Shown here: positions 37,140 to 47,453 of the stretch, piece by piece
Position numbering within the stretch: the stretch's first letter is position 1
Layout: each line of letters starts with the position of its first letter
Assembly (NCBI GenBank): GCA_037447435.1
Contig: JBBIGR010000001.1
Location: forward strand, 206,902-270,901
Origin: Fibrobacteria bacterium
GTDB taxonomy: Bacteria; Fibrobacterota; Chitinivibrionia; Chitinivibrionales; FEN-1185
Direction of reading: 5' to 3'
Length of the DNA stretch: 64,000 bases
Translations under genes and position numbers: made by a program
The notes under the pieces: generated by a model
The model's input: only the letters and a program-made list of their open reading frames with translations
Database searches by the model: none
Told to the model about the DNA's origin: nothing

Positions 37140-39677
37140 TCAATATTTCGCACCCTTGATTTGTGCGGCTTTGACGCGTTCCTTAAAATCGGCTTCGAGC
37201 AGCTTCAGCCGTGAATAATCCTCATTTGTTTCAATGACCTTAAATTCCACACGACGATTCAGCGCTCTGCCTTGAGCCGTATTATTGGTTGCAATGGGCC
37301 TTGTTTTGCCATACCCTATTGCAATAATTACGGAATCCGAAACACCCTGGCTCACCAGATAATACCTGACCGAGGCGGCTCTGGCTGCCGACAGAAGCAA
37401 GTTATAGTCATCATTGCCTCTGCTATCCGTATGCCCTTGGATTTCATATTTAAGGAACGGATACTGTTTCAGGAAATTAACAATAGACATAAGAGCCGTG
37501 TAAGAATCGGTTGTCAGTTCCGCGCTTGCGGTTTTAAAATTGATAGCGCGTAATGCTTTATTCAGCGCTTTTTCTTCCTTTGCCGTTGGCTTGGGCAAAG
37601 TATCGGGACAACCGTCTTCGTCTTTATAGCCGTTATAAGTTTCAGGCTGATTCGGACATTTATCCAACGTGTCTGCTATGCCGTCTTTGTCATTATCATA
37701 GTCGGGGCAACCGTCGCTGTCTTCGAATCCATCGATATCTTCCGGAATATTTATGCATTTATCCAGCGAATCGACTACGCCGTCTCTGTCGTTATCAAAG
37801 TCGGGACAACCGTCATTGTCTTCAAACCCGTCTTTATCTTCAGGAGCATTTGGACATTTGTCCAGTGAATCCGGAATTCCGTCTTTGTCGTTATCAAAAT
37901 CGGGACAACCGTCTTCGTCTTGAAATCCATCGAAGTCTTCCGGTTGCGTCGGGCAATTATCTATGCCGTGGCATACATTCGCATACAGCGAATCCTTATG
38001 GAATGCGCTCACCCACGGATCGCATAGACCGTCTTTATCCTGATCGGCAATCGGACATCCATTGGAATCCAAAACGCCCGGGAAGCCCTTGGGAGGATCG
38101 AACAGGCATTTGCTCACATGCGGTGTTTGTTTCGGTTTGACTCCCCAGTTAACATTGATGGCGCCGGCCAATTCCATACCGCGGGAAGGGACGAACCAAG
38201 GAGTTCCAATTGCTTTGTACGAACCATGAATAGAAAAATACCTGAAATTAAATCCAAGACCCAATGCGGATCCCATGAGTTCTTCACCGCCGAAAATCAG
38301 ACCTAATCTCATCGGGATAAACCCGTTAAGAACGCCGACTTCCGAACCCAGCGACAGGCGGGGAATAAATGATTTACCCGGAGCGCTTGCGAGGCTTTGT
38401 TCGTAGTTTGCCGCGACAATTGCGTATTCCGCAAGATATTTAAGACCTTTCTTTTTTGCCAAGGTCGCAAAATCCCATTTATACGCATAGCCGATATTCA
38501 TGGCAAGGGGAAGGGAGGTAGCGAAACCATTTGCATTTGTCAGTGTATCGCTTTTATCTGAAACATATTCGCCGAGGTCGCGGTCGAATATTTTCTTGCT
38601 CGCATCATTTAGCCCGCTTGGTCCGGATTTTCCTTCCACGCCTTTCATGATTTTATAGAAATCGAGGTTGTCTTTTTTGATTTTGAGATCGACTTCCTGG
38701 GTTCCGTTCATCCAAAACAAAACACCCAAATCGGTGAAATTTATAGATAAAGTAGCATTGTCATCGTATAAAATACCGCCGATATCCAACCCGATACCAT
38801 GACCGGCAATGGGTAATCCGTTTTTAAAAGGATTCTGAAATATCCAATTTCCCGATAACCCGGCTCCGGCTGTCTGCACTTTCATTTCGCCGTCGACAGC
38901 GATGGCATTGGGACCCGAATTATAAACAGCAGACCCTTTCAGCATTTCGGCTCGCATATAGGAATGTCCCATGACGTATTTGATGCCCAAACCGCCCGCT
39001 CCGTAGCGAAGGCCGAAAAACTTATTTAATTCCGGAATTGAAACAGGCAAACCGATGCTTAATTTAAAATCCGTTGTCCAGATTGCTTCCTGCTTAAAGT
39101 TGCTGAAATCAAGCTTATTGTCTCTGACAAGGCCTTTATCGGCCGAAAACAACAGCATGAGAGGACCTTCGGGTATCGTCAGTTCTTCTTCGGCCCTGGT
39201 CGTAATATCAAAGGCGAACCGGCCTTGAGCAATTGAAAACAGAGAGGTTTTAACGCCGCCGTATAAATTGAAGCCGCCTTTTAAGCCGTTTGTCAATTTA
39301 TCGGAAACCTTTCTCCCCGTGGTGTCGGCCATATCGTCGTCGGTTATGTTGAAAGATTCTGCAAAGATTTTAGACGTCGTCTTTGCAAACTCCGCGGAAT
39401 CCCCCATATTCCAATAGGGATGAAACGGCGACACCGCGAGCTTGTTGCTCCAGTATCCGACGCCGAGATCGGTGAATGGAAACAACAATACACCGCCTGA
39501 AGGCGGCCTATCGACGCCTAAAAGAGCCGGATTATAAAAGGAGGCTTCATATGCGGATCCGGTTGCATTGCGCGCAAGCGTGGTCCCGCAGTTTTTGGGG
39601 TCCAGATCGACACCGGCAAAAGCCGTTACTGCAGTGATAAACACTATCGATGAAATTAACGAATGAAAAGGTCGCAT
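37140..39677 (-). CDS. Outer-membrane beta-barrel (DUF5723-like) + thrombospondin type 3 repeats + OmpA peptidoglycan-binding domain
   Basis: Signal peptide, NPALLG, amphipathic strands, DxDxDG repeats, GHTD..G..YN..LS..RA, G.G..P, NRRVE. Confidence 0.88.
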   Translation of the reverse strand: MRPFHSLISSIVFITAVTAFAGVDLDPKNCGTTLARNATGSAYEASFYNPALLGVDRPPSGGVLLFPFTDLGVGYWSNKLAVSPFHPYWNMGDSAEFAKTTSKIFAESFNITDDDMADTTGRKVSDKLTNGLKGGFNLYGGVKTSLFSIAQGRFAFDITTRAEEELTIPEGPLMLLFSADKGLVRDNKLDFSNFKQEAIWTTDFKLSIGLPVSIPELNKFFGLRYGAGGLGIKYVMGHSYMRAEMLKGSAVYNSGPNAIAVDGEMKVQTAGAGLSGNWIFQNPFKNGLPIAGHGIGLDIGGILYDDNATLSINFTDLGVLFWMNGTQEVDLKIKKDNLDFYKIMKGVEGKSGPSGLNDASKKIFDRDLGEYVSDKSDTLTNANGFATSLPLAMNIGYAYKWDFATLAKKKGLKYLAEYAIVAANYEQSLASAPGKSFIPRLSLGSEVGVLNGFIPMRLGLIFGGEELMGSALGLGFNFRYFSIHGSYKAIGTPWFVPSRGMELAGAINVNWGVKPKQTPHVSKCLFDPPKGFPGVLDSNGCPIADQDKDGLCDPWVSAFHKDSLYANVCHGIDNCPTQPEDFDGFQDEDGCPDFDNDKDGIPDSLDKCPNAPEDKDGFEDNDGCPDFDNDRDGVVDSLDKCINIPEDIDGFEDSDGCPDYDNDKDGIADTLDKCPNQPETYNGYKDEDGCPDTLPKPTAKEEKALNKALRAINFKTASAELTTDSYTALMSIVNFLKQYPFLKYEIQGHTDSRGNDDYNLLLSAARAASVRYYLVSQGVSDSVIIAIGYGKTRPIATNNTAQGRALNRRVEFKVIETNEDYSRLKLLEADFKERVKAAQIKGAKY
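37603..37960 (-). repeat. About 4 tandem 33-aa (99-bp) TSP3 calcium-binding repeats within the OmpA gene
   Basis: CP..PED.DGF.D.DGCPD.DND.DG..D.LDK repeated. Confidence 0.85.
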
Positions 39678-39707
39678 TCTGTTTCGCCTTTCTCTATAGT
39701 TCTAAAA

Positions 39708-41921
39708 TTATTGAACGATGTTGTTCATGCTGTTTACGCCTTCGATACGGATCCGGGATTTAATGTATACGTTGTCCGTATCTTTGAGGACATCGCTGCT
39801 CTTTTTATAGAACTTGAGCACCCAGCGCCAATAACACGTATCCGTTTCCAATATCGAGTTCAATTGCCTCTCATTAATTTCAACCGAATTGTCGACAACG
39901 CTGTCCCGTGCGGGGATCAGGACGCCCTGCGAACCGAACAAATTAACATAGCCGCTGTCCTCAGCCGTACCGGCGGGTGAAAACAGCAAACTGCAAATTT
40001 TGGATGTCGTCAATGAATCGAGTAAATTCCGACGGCCTTTTTTAGGATCGATCAGCGCATACAGCGTTGCATTGACGTTTGAGTGATTGGTGAGCGTCAT
40101 ATCGAACGCGGCGACGCGGCTTCTCATCCTTTTGAATACGTCAAGTCCTTCGGGAATCGCGAAAAACCCGGTGCCCAGATCCATGAAGACATCGCTCGTC
40201 ACTGCCCATCCAAGCGGCGCTTTCAGCGAATCTTCCAAATCACCCTTCATTCTCATACCGCCCTGAACCTGGCCGAACGTCTGCATGTTGTTGACAATAA
40301 GCATTTTTGTGCCGACCGGAATTTCCGCGTGAATCCGAGTCGAAATGCTGTCGGGAAACAAATTGACGATTTTGGTAATGTCGATGGAATCGACCAAATG
40401 GCTTTTATTGTGCACATTATGAAAAACTGCAAATGTGGAGCAAACCACAGCCGGTGTTTTCGGATCAAAAGCCAGGAACTTGACACGGAAACTGTCTATA
40501 AATGCGCTATCGGGCAAGGAAATGTCCATTGCCGATTCCACATACGCGGAATTAAGGAAAAACCGGCCTCTCAGGGAATCCTTGACCGATTCGCGCCACG
40601 GAAACCGGATAGGATCTGTTCGAGGATCGCCGTTTTTTTGATACGCGGCCTTGACCGTACCGTACATCTGCTGGTATTCGACATGGTCGGGACTTATTGT
40701 AAACACCACCGAATCGCCGGCCGAAAGGGTGTCCCATTTTCCCGTGGGCGGCCTTGTTGACACATAGTAATGCACGGTTGAAACCGACTGTTGTTTTACC
40801 GTGTCCCATTCCGGAAAAAGTCTTTTCAACGACAGGTCCAAAATTCCTATATTCGAATTCGCGTGGGCGTTGAACGGAAGCACCTGGGAACCGGCAGCGC
40901 GGTTACCCCAGAAATATGAATTGGAATCGGCTTTTGTCAGATTAGCTGCCGCCAAATCGGCGATACTTCTGATCTGATCCGGCCTGTTCGTGCAGAAATC
41001 CTTACGCCAAACATTCTCATGAACCATGCTCAGATTGACGTCCAATCCGGTGGCATTGTTCATTTTGTAATTGTAATATCCGTTTCCACAATCGACATAA
41101 TCGATGGAAACCGTGTCTGTGATTTTATAATGGTTTGTAAATACTTTGCTGAAAGTAACGACGGAATCCTTAACAATAGCGGAAATGGCGGTCACTGAAT
41201 CGGTAATTACCGTTATCTGCAGGTTCTGACCTGCTGCGACGGTTCCTCCGGCACGCAGCGTCCCGGTCACCTGAAATGCAATCATACTGTCTATTGTTTT
41301 TCCGGCAACGGGATATGAAATCGTTGCGCTTTGGTTTACCTCTATCGATCCGCCCGATACGGCTGCTGCGCCGGCAAGGCTGGTAAGCGTTATGGAAACA
41401 TTGTCGAGTGCAGCCGCACTACTGTCTGTGATTTTTATTTTTATCGGTCCGCTTTGCGGGTGGAAGGTCACTGCCCTGATTTGTTTATACTGAATTGTGT
41501 CTTTTAACGAAACCGGCGTATTTACATTTACTGCCCCTGCGGCCAGAGGAAGTTTTCGCGTTACCGGTTGCAACCCCGAAAGCGGTAAAGGCCCTATGTT
41601 ATCGCTGAATACTTTTTCATTCATGATTTCATGAGTCTGCTCCATAGACATTGAATCTTTTTGTGAAAATGCAAATCCCACCGATTGAATGATCGAATCG
41701 GTTCCATCCGGAAACGTATCGCCGGTGCCGGTGATTATAAGATTGCTGTCTAATTTGATAATCCCGTTCATCTCTTTGCCGACTTTGAATTTCTGATTTG
41801 TAACGGGCAATTCTATTTTCGACCGCCATTTAAGCGTTTGGTCGGTCGGGTTTGAGCAAAACAGCGCCAAGGCCATGAGCACGGGCACAGACCCAAAGGC
41901 AATTTTCTTTAAATTCTTCAC
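39708..41921 (-). CDS. Large hypothetical lipoprotein, beta-rich
   Basis: GTG 41921 after AAAGGAG; hydrophobic stretch ending ALFC-S; directly upstream of the barrel gene. Confidence 0.7.
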   Translation of the reverse strand: MKNLKKIAFGSVPVLMALALFCSNPTDQTLKWRSKIELPVTNQKFKVGKEMNGIIKLDSNLIITGTGDTFPDGTDSIIQSVGFAFSQKDSMSMEQTHEIMNEKVFSDNIGPLPLSGLQPVTRKLPLAAGAVNVNTPVSLKDTIQYKQIRAVTFHPQSGPIKIKITDSSAAALDNVSITLTSLAGAAAVSGGSIEVNQSATISYPVAGKTIDSMIAFQVTGTLRAGGTVAAGQNLQITVITDSVTAISAIVKDSVVTFSKVFTNHYKITDTVSIDYVDCGNGYYNYKMNNATGLDVNLSMVHENVWRKDFCTNRPDQIRSIADLAAANLTKADSNSYFWGNRAAGSQVLPFNAHANSNIGILDLSLKRLFPEWDTVKQQSVSTVHYYVSTRPPTGKWDTLSAGDSVVFTISPDHVEYQQMYGTVKAAYQKNGDPRTDPIRFPWRESVKDSLRGRFFLNSAYVESAMDISLPDSAFIDSFRVKFLAFDPKTPAVVCSTFAVFHNVHNKSHLVDSIDITKIVNLFPDSISTRIHAEIPVGTKMLIVNNMQTFGQVQGGMRMKGDLEDSLKAPLGWAVTSDVFMDLGTGFFAIPEGLDVFKRMRSRVAAFDMTLTNHSNVNATLYALIDPKKGRRNLLDSLTTSKICSLLFSPAGTAEDSGYVNLFGSQGVLIPARDSVVDNSVEINERQLNSILETDTCYWRWVLKFYKKSSDVLKDTDNVYIKSRIRIEGVNSMNNIVQ

Positions 41922-42169
41922 CTCGCACGCTCCTTTCAAAGCAAACAGCGGCACAGAATAATCAATATGTTTTCAAGGGCTTTTTAAAAATATAACCAAA
42001 TCAATATTATTAGCCAACTATTAATAACGAAAGCAATTTTATGCAAAACTATCCGTAGACCAAATTTTAATATACTTTGAGCATGGTAGACCCTTGCGTG
42101 CACATGGTATTTTATCCGGATCCATGAACCGTTTGTTTTCATTCACGGCTTAGTTCTCCAGGAGCTCGT

Positions 42170-42829
42170 ATGGACATTTCCCTGCTGCTTGATTATTCGG
42201 ATTTTTTCAAAGGCATTTCCGAGCAAAACAAATCGGCCTTGGCTGCGATTTGCGTACCAAAAACGCTTCAGAAGCGGGAAATCCTTTTTTGTGAAGGTGA
42301 AAAAGGCCAATCCATGTATATTTGTGCGAGCGGAAACATACAGGTTTATAAGTCCGGCCCCGGCGGTAAGGAATCGGTAATTAAAATCATCGGGCCTGGT
42401 GAAATTTTTGCCGAGGTCATTTTATTTGAAAAAGACACCTATCCGGCAAATGCGATAGCGCTTAAAAAAAGCAGTGTTTACGTTATATCAAAAAAGCAGT
42501 TTTCGAGCCTTTTAAATGAGGAAAGTTTTCGAAACGATTTTTTCGGCATGCTCATGAAAAAACAACGATACCTTATCGGAAAAATACACGATCTGAGTTC
42601 GCACGATGTTGAAGAACGATTTTTCAGATTTCTTGAAGATCATTACGGCAAAAAACTAGAATACCGAATGACCATTCCTAAAAAGGACATTGCCTTAGCA
42701 ATTGGAACCACATCCGAAACATTTTCCAGACTTATCGCCCGACTGAATAAAGATGGAATTTTGAGTATGAAAAAAGATAAAATATCACTTATAGATGGTT
42801 TTTGGAATAATAGAAATATTGACGGATAA
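42170..42829 (+). CDS. Crp/Fnr family transcriptional regulator
   Basis: LFCEGE, GPGEIFAE, YPANA, C-terminal HTH IALAIGTTSETFSR. Confidence 0.9.
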   Translation: MDISLLLDYSDFFKGISEQNKSALAAICVPKTLQKREILFCEGEKGQSMYICASGNIQVYKSGPGGKESVIKIIGPGEIFAEVILFEKDTYPANAIALKKSSVYVISKKQFSSLLNEESFRNDFFGMLMKKQRYLIGKIHDLSSHDVEERFFRFLEDHYGKKLEYRMTIPKKDIALAIGTTSETFSRLIARLNKDGILSMKKDKISLIDGFWNNRNIDG

Positions 42830-42924
42830 CCGTGGTTTTATGAATAAGCACGCTGCTCACCTTTGCACAAGCCCTTTTGTCAAATATCCCCCTCCTTGAA
42901 ATCGAATTCCTTAAGGAGGAGCAT

Positions 42925-43962
42925 ATGATTAGAGCTTTTTTCGTTTCCTTTGTTTTTCTCTCTGCTTTAAGTTGCAGCTCTGCAAAAGAGGCTTCGAAGA
43001 TTTCAACATTCCGCGGTCGACTTTTGCTTTATAACGGTACTCTTTCCGAGGTGGTCAGTATGGATAAAGTCATTAAAACCGATGATCAGTGGAAAAAGGA
43101 ATTAACTCCCGACGTGTATCAAATCACCAGGAAAGCGGGAACAGAATGCGCTTTTACCGGCAAATTGTATGAAAACCCTAAAAAGGGAATTTATACTTGT
43201 GTTTGTTGCGGATTACCCCTGTTTACCTCTGATACCAAGTTCAACTCGGGAACAGGATGGCCGAGCTTTTTTCAGCCCGTAGATCCCAATAATGTCGTCG
43301 AGATTTCGGATAAAAGCCTCGGTATGATCAGGACCGAAGTACAATGTGCCAGATGTGGAGCGCATTTGGGTCATGTTTTCGAAGACGGCCCCAAACCGAC
43401 CGGACTCCGGTATTGTATGAATTCTGCGGCCATGTCGTTTATTGAAAAAACATTTCCTCAAACCGGCATTTCTCCCAAACTTGAACCTGCCGCTTTTGCC
43501 GCAGGGTGCTTTTGGGGCGTCGAAGAAGCGTTTCGACGATTAAATGGAGTGGTTGCAACTTCGGTCGGGTACATGGGCGGCACTGTCGTTCATCCCACGT
43601 ATGAGCAAGTATGCCAACACCATACGGGCCATGCCGAAAGCCTTTATTTAGTTTACGATCCTTCGCAGGTTTCGTATGAAAAACTTCTGGATCGCTTCTG
43701 GGAAATACACGACCCGACGTCTCTTAATAAGCAAGGTAACGACAGGGGAACGCAATATCGTTCCGAAATATTTTTCTATTCAAAAGAGCAAAAATCCATT
43801 GCAGAAAAGGCGATTGCCGCTTTGCAAAAATCGTTTTCCAAACCGATTGTTACACCGGTTACTCCTGCGCCGGTTTTCTGGCCTGCCGAGGAATACCATC
43901 AACGTTATTTGGTTGCCAATCCTCACGGCTATTGCCATATAAATTTAGATGCATTAAAATGA
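42925..43962 (+). CDS. msrAB: Bifunctional methionine sulfoxide reductase MsrB-MsrA with lipoprotein signal
   Basis: AGGAGG RBS; LSC lipobox; MsrB GTGWPSF, HLGHVF, RYCMNS; MsrA GCFWG, GHAE, YRS, AEEYHQ. Confidence 0.92.
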   Translation: MIRAFFVSFVFLSALSCSSAKEASKISTFRGRLLLYNGTLSEVVSMDKVIKTDDQWKKELTPDVYQITRKAGTECAFTGKLYENPKKGIYTCVCCGLPLFTSDTKFNSGTGWPSFFQPVDPNNVVEISDKSLGMIRTEVQCARCGAHLGHVFEDGPKPTGLRYCMNSAAMSFIEKTFPQTGISPKLEPAAFAAGCFWGVEEAFRRLNGVVATSVGYMGGTVVHPTYEQVCQHHTGHAESLYLVYDPSQVSYEKLLDRFWEIHDPTSLNKQGNDRGTQYRSEIFFYSKEQKSIAEKAIAALQKSFSKPIVTPVTPAPVFWPAEEYHQRYLVANPHGYCHINLDALK

Positions 43963-44105
43963 AAAGTTTTAAAAGCATTTTTACGCTTTTTTAAAAACTT
44001 TTCGTGTCCGCCCGACACCCTATCAACGGTCTTTAGCTAAATGGAAAGCTATTATGTATTTTAGCGTTATTCAATTCTTTTATAATACAAAGGATTTTTA
44101 ATTTT

Positions 44106-45455
44106 ATGTCGCAGCCGATTTTTCCGATAACTCTGATTTTAGTCTTGCTTAATACCCTTGCTCTTGTTGTTATTACAGTCCGGGTTTTTTCAAAAGCAAA
44201 TCAGAACCAGGATAAAGACCTTACCATTCAAAACGAATTGCGTCTTGGCAGACAGGAATCGTCCGATGCTGCCCGGAATTTGCGCGAAGAGGTCGTCAAT
44301 CAGATCAAATCGAGTCACGACACCATTGGTAAAAGCCTCGGTGACATTACCAACCTGCAAAAGGCTCAACTCGAAAGCGTTGCCAAGCGGCTGGAAAGCC
44401 TGACCGAAACAAATCAGAATTCCCTGCAAAGACTGCGAGATGTCCTCGACGAACGGGTCAGGGAAATGATGGATAAAAACGAAAAAAAGCTTGAGGAAAT
44501 GCGGAAAACCGTCGATGAAAAACTGCAGACAACGCTTGAAAAACGCCTCGGAGATTCGTTCAAGCTTGTCAGCGAACGGCTCGAAGCGGTTCAACGCGGA
44601 CTCGGTGAGATGCAAAACCTCGCCACCGGTGTGGGAGACCTCAAACGCGTTTTGACAAACGTAAAAACCAGGGGAACCTGGGGCGAGTTTCAACTCGGTT
44701 CGATTCTCGAACAGGTTTTGTCGCCGTCGCAATATCAACAGAATGTTTCAACCAAAGAAGATTCGCGCGACGTCGTCGAATATGCCGTCAGACTACCGGG
44801 CAAAGACGACGGCCCTAACTCGCAGGTCTGGCTCCCGATCGACTCGAAATTTCCTCAGGAAGATTATCAGCGCCTTCTTGACGCAGTGGAAACAGCCGAT
44901 GCGGAAGCCGTGGAAAAAGCGACCGCAGTACTTATTCGGACCATTCGGATCGAGGCCCAGCGAATTCACGACAAATACCTGAATCCGCCACAAACGACCG
45001 ATTTTGCCATCATGTTCCTTCCCACCGAAGGTTTGTATGCTGAGGTGCTCCGCAAGCCCGAGGCGGTCGAGGAAATGCAAAGGAAATTCCGCATCGTCGT
45101 AGCCGGCCCAACGACACTTTCGGCGTTATTGTCGAGCTTACGAATGGGATTTCATACCCTGGCTATAGAAAAACGCGCCAGCGAGGTATGGAAAATATTG
45201 GCGGCGGTCAAATCGGAATTCGGAAAATTCGGCGACGTGCTCGACAAAGTCAAGCGTCAGCTCTCCGCGGCCAGCAATACCATCGAAGAAACCGGCAAGC
45301 GAACCCGCGTCATGGAACGTCATCTCAAGAACGTCGAAAACATGCCCGGCAGCGATGCTGCAAAGCTTTTAGGGACCGAAGACTTGGCCCTTGATGAATC
45401 GGAAGAAGCAACACCGCTCGACGATGCGGACATACGGGAAAAATTCTCCATTTAG
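44106..45455 (+). CDS. rmuC: DNA recombination protein RmuC
   Basis: N-terminal TM + coiled coil; KTRGTWGE, LPIDSKFP, TDFAIMFLPTEGLYAE, GPTTL. Confidence 0.93.
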   Translation: MSQPIFPITLILVLLNTLALVVITVRVFSKANQNQDKDLTIQNELRLGRQESSDAARNLREEVVNQIKSSHDTIGKSLGDITNLQKAQLESVAKRLESLTETNQNSLQRLRDVLDERVREMMDKNEKKLEEMRKTVDEKLQTTLEKRLGDSFKLVSERLEAVQRGLGEMQNLATGVGDLKRVLTNVKTRGTWGEFQLGSILEQVLSPSQYQQNVSTKEDSRDVVEYAVRLPGKDDGPNSQVWLPIDSKFPQEDYQRLLDAVETADAEAVEKATAVLIRTIRIEAQRIHDKYLNPPQTTDFAIMFLPTEGLYAEVLRKPEAVEEMQRKFRIVVAGPTTLSALLSSLRMGFHTLAIEKRASEVWKILAAVKSEFGKFGDVLDKVKRQLSAASNTIEETGKRTRVMERHLKNVENMPGSDAAKLLGTEDLALDESEEATPLDDADIREKFSI

Positions 45456-45699
45456 TATCCGCCTTCGCTCCCACGGTACTTTTTTTGAAAATACCCTCCG
45501 TATCTTTGGGGGAGGTTTGCAATTATTAATATTGGGAAAACCAAAAAACAATTCCCGGAATCAGTAAAGATACTCTCGCAATAATCCTGAATAGTAGAAG
45601 ATCCTCGATTTTCCGGGCCTTCCGACTTCTTCCTTTCGGAGATTTCCAATAGCCCCGGAAAAGCTCTCGCTGCCGCTCATTGCCGCCCTCTTTTCAAAT

Positions 45700-45715
45700 T
45701 GGTATGTGTTTTGCA
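45700..45715 (+). promoter_or_regulatory. Sigma54-type -24/-12 promoter candidate for the NHEJ operon
   Basis: TGGTATGTGTTTTGCA: GG-N10-GC, 28 bp before the Ku ATG. Confidence 0.6.
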
Positions 45716-45742
45716 TATTTATTTCTTAAGAAGGGAGCAACT

Positions 45743-46510
45743 ATGGCCGCGACAATCTGGATCGGAAATATACGATTCAAGGAAATTGACGTTCCGGTAA
45801 AACTCCATACTGCGATCAGTCAAAATCGCGTCCAGTTTCATCTTTTGCACAAAACCGACCGCGTCAAACTACGCCAGCAGATGATTTGTAAATATGATAA
45901 GGCGCCAGTACCGCCGGAAGAGCAAGTAAAGGGATTTCAAATTGATGAAAGGAAATACGTCATTTTGGACCCTGACGAAATCGAAGTATTGGAGCCGCAA
46001 CCGAGCAGGATAATCGACGTTCATGAATTCGTAACAAGCGGACAAATCGACCCTGTTTTCATTGAACATGTCTATTTCCTGGAACCCGATTCATCTCCAA
46101 GAACTTACAGCGCGCTTGCCGCGGCGCTCCGGGAATCGGATGTCCAAGGCATTTGTACGTGGGTAATGAGAAAACGCGCCCATTTCGGCTCAATTCATGC
46201 GGCAGGGAATGCAATCAGGCTTAATGTGTTACGATACACCGACGAAATAGTACAGGCAAAATCGCTGGGCCTTGAGTCTTTCGAATTGTCTGAAAAAGAG
46301 GTAAGCATCGGCAGCGAGTTGATTAATAAGCTTTCCGTCGAGTTTCAGCCTGAAAAATATGAAAACGAACATCAGAAGAAGCTGCGGGACATGATACAAA
46401 AGAAAGCAGCCGGTCAGAAAATCGCGCTGTTCTCTCCCAAACACCTTAAGCCGACATCGCCGGGCAAATTGCTCGAAGTACTCCAAAAGAGCTTAAAAAA
46501 GGCGGCGTAA
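45743..46510 (+). CDS. ku: NHEJ DNA end-binding protein Ku (copy 1, divergent)
   Basis: IW.G.I.F..VPVKL.TA, FHLLH, VKG, I.V.EFV...IDP..., YFLEP, L.E.LQKSL. Confidence 0.85.
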   Translation: MAATIWIGNIRFKEIDVPVKLHTAISQNRVQFHLLHKTDRVKLRQQMICKYDKAPVPPEEQVKGFQIDERKYVILDPDEIEVLEPQPSRIIDVHEFVTSGQIDPVFIEHVYFLEPDSSPRTYSALAAALRESDVQGICTWVMRKRAHFGSIHAAGNAIRLNVLRYTDEIVQAKSLGLESFELSEKEVSIGSELINKLSVEFQPEKYENEHQKKLRDMIQKKAAGQKIALFSPKHLKPTSPGKLLEVLQKSLKKAA

Positions 46511-47370
46511 TGAAGCGGTATGAAAAGGAAAAAGTCGTTGAAAAAAGCGAAACCGGTGCCCAGGAAATTCAGTCTCCGGGTATTTGGAGCGGCACCGTCA
46601 GTTTTAGTCTTGTGGCGATTCCGGTTAGAATTGTCAAGTCGGTCGAACCGGGTCGCATTTCGTTTCACCTGCTCCACGCCAAGGATTATTCCCCGCTTCA
46701 GCGAACAATGTTTTGCCCCGAGGAAGAGAAAATCGTACCTCCTGAGGAAATCGTCAGAGGTTTTGAAACAGAACCGGGAAAGCATGTCATAATAACCGAG
46801 GAAGAGCTTGAATCCGTCTCGCCGGAACGAAGCCGCACTATAGAAATCGCGGAATTCATCGACATAAAAGAGGTCGAACCACTTTATTACGACCATCCGT
46901 ATTTTCTTGTTCCGCTTAAAGGCGGTGAAAAATCGTATCGGCTTCTTGCCGAATCGCTGCAACGGACAAATAAAGCGGGGCTGGCGAAATTTGTTCTTGA
47001 CGAGAGAGAGTGCCTTGTTTTAATAATGAGCAAAGACGGCGCGCTTGCCATAAGCACGCTTCATTACAGCGACGAATTATTGTCTGCCCAAGGAATGGTT
47101 TTGCCGGTCGACGACATATCGGACAATGAAAAGAACCGAATAAAAAGCAGTATCAAAAGCATGATGGCCGACTTTACGCCGGAAAAATATTCGAACGAAC
47201 GCAGGGAAAAACTTTTGAAAATAATACAAAAGAAAATAACAAAAAAAGCCGAAGTCGAGGCACCTGCTGCAGAGGAGGAAGAAAAAGCCGAAGGAATGGA
47301 AGACTTGATGATGGCCCTGGAGAAGAGCATGCGTAAAGTAAAAAAAGCGAACAAAGAACCGCGGTCATAG
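46510..47370 (+). CDS. ku: NHEJ DNA end-binding protein Ku (copy 2)
   Basis: IWSGTVSFSLVAIPV, FHLLH, EIVRGFE, RTIEI.EF, YYDHPYFLVP, DLMMALEKS. Confidence 0.9.
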   Translation: MKRYEKEKVVEKSETGAQEIQSPGIWSGTVSFSLVAIPVRIVKSVEPGRISFHLLHAKDYSPLQRTMFCPEEEKIVPPEEIVRGFETEPGKHVIITEEELESVSPERSRTIEIAEFIDIKEVEPLYYDHPYFLVPLKGGEKSYRLLAESLQRTNKAGLAKFVLDERECLVLIMSKDGALAISTLHYSDELLSAQGMVLPVDDISDNEKNRIKSSIKSMMADFTPEKYSNERREKLLKIIQKKITKKAEVEAPAAEEEEKAEGMEDLMMALEKSMRKVKKANKEPRS

Positions 47371-47453
47371 ACCGTTGCTTTTCCGACCAGGCAAAGGCGG
47401 GGAACCAAAGAAGGGCACGATTTTGCAACCGGATTTGATAAAACGGTATTACC

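Noticed and set aside
37603..37960. Regular ~99-bp repeats as a CRISPR array or DNA repeat element
   Set aside because: They are in-frame, degenerate TSP3 protein repeats, with no unique spacers and no cas genes.
47412..47427. Sigma54 site GGCACGATTTTGCA before the LigD polymerase gene
   Set aside because: GGCACG to TTGC spacing is one base short of the strict requirement.
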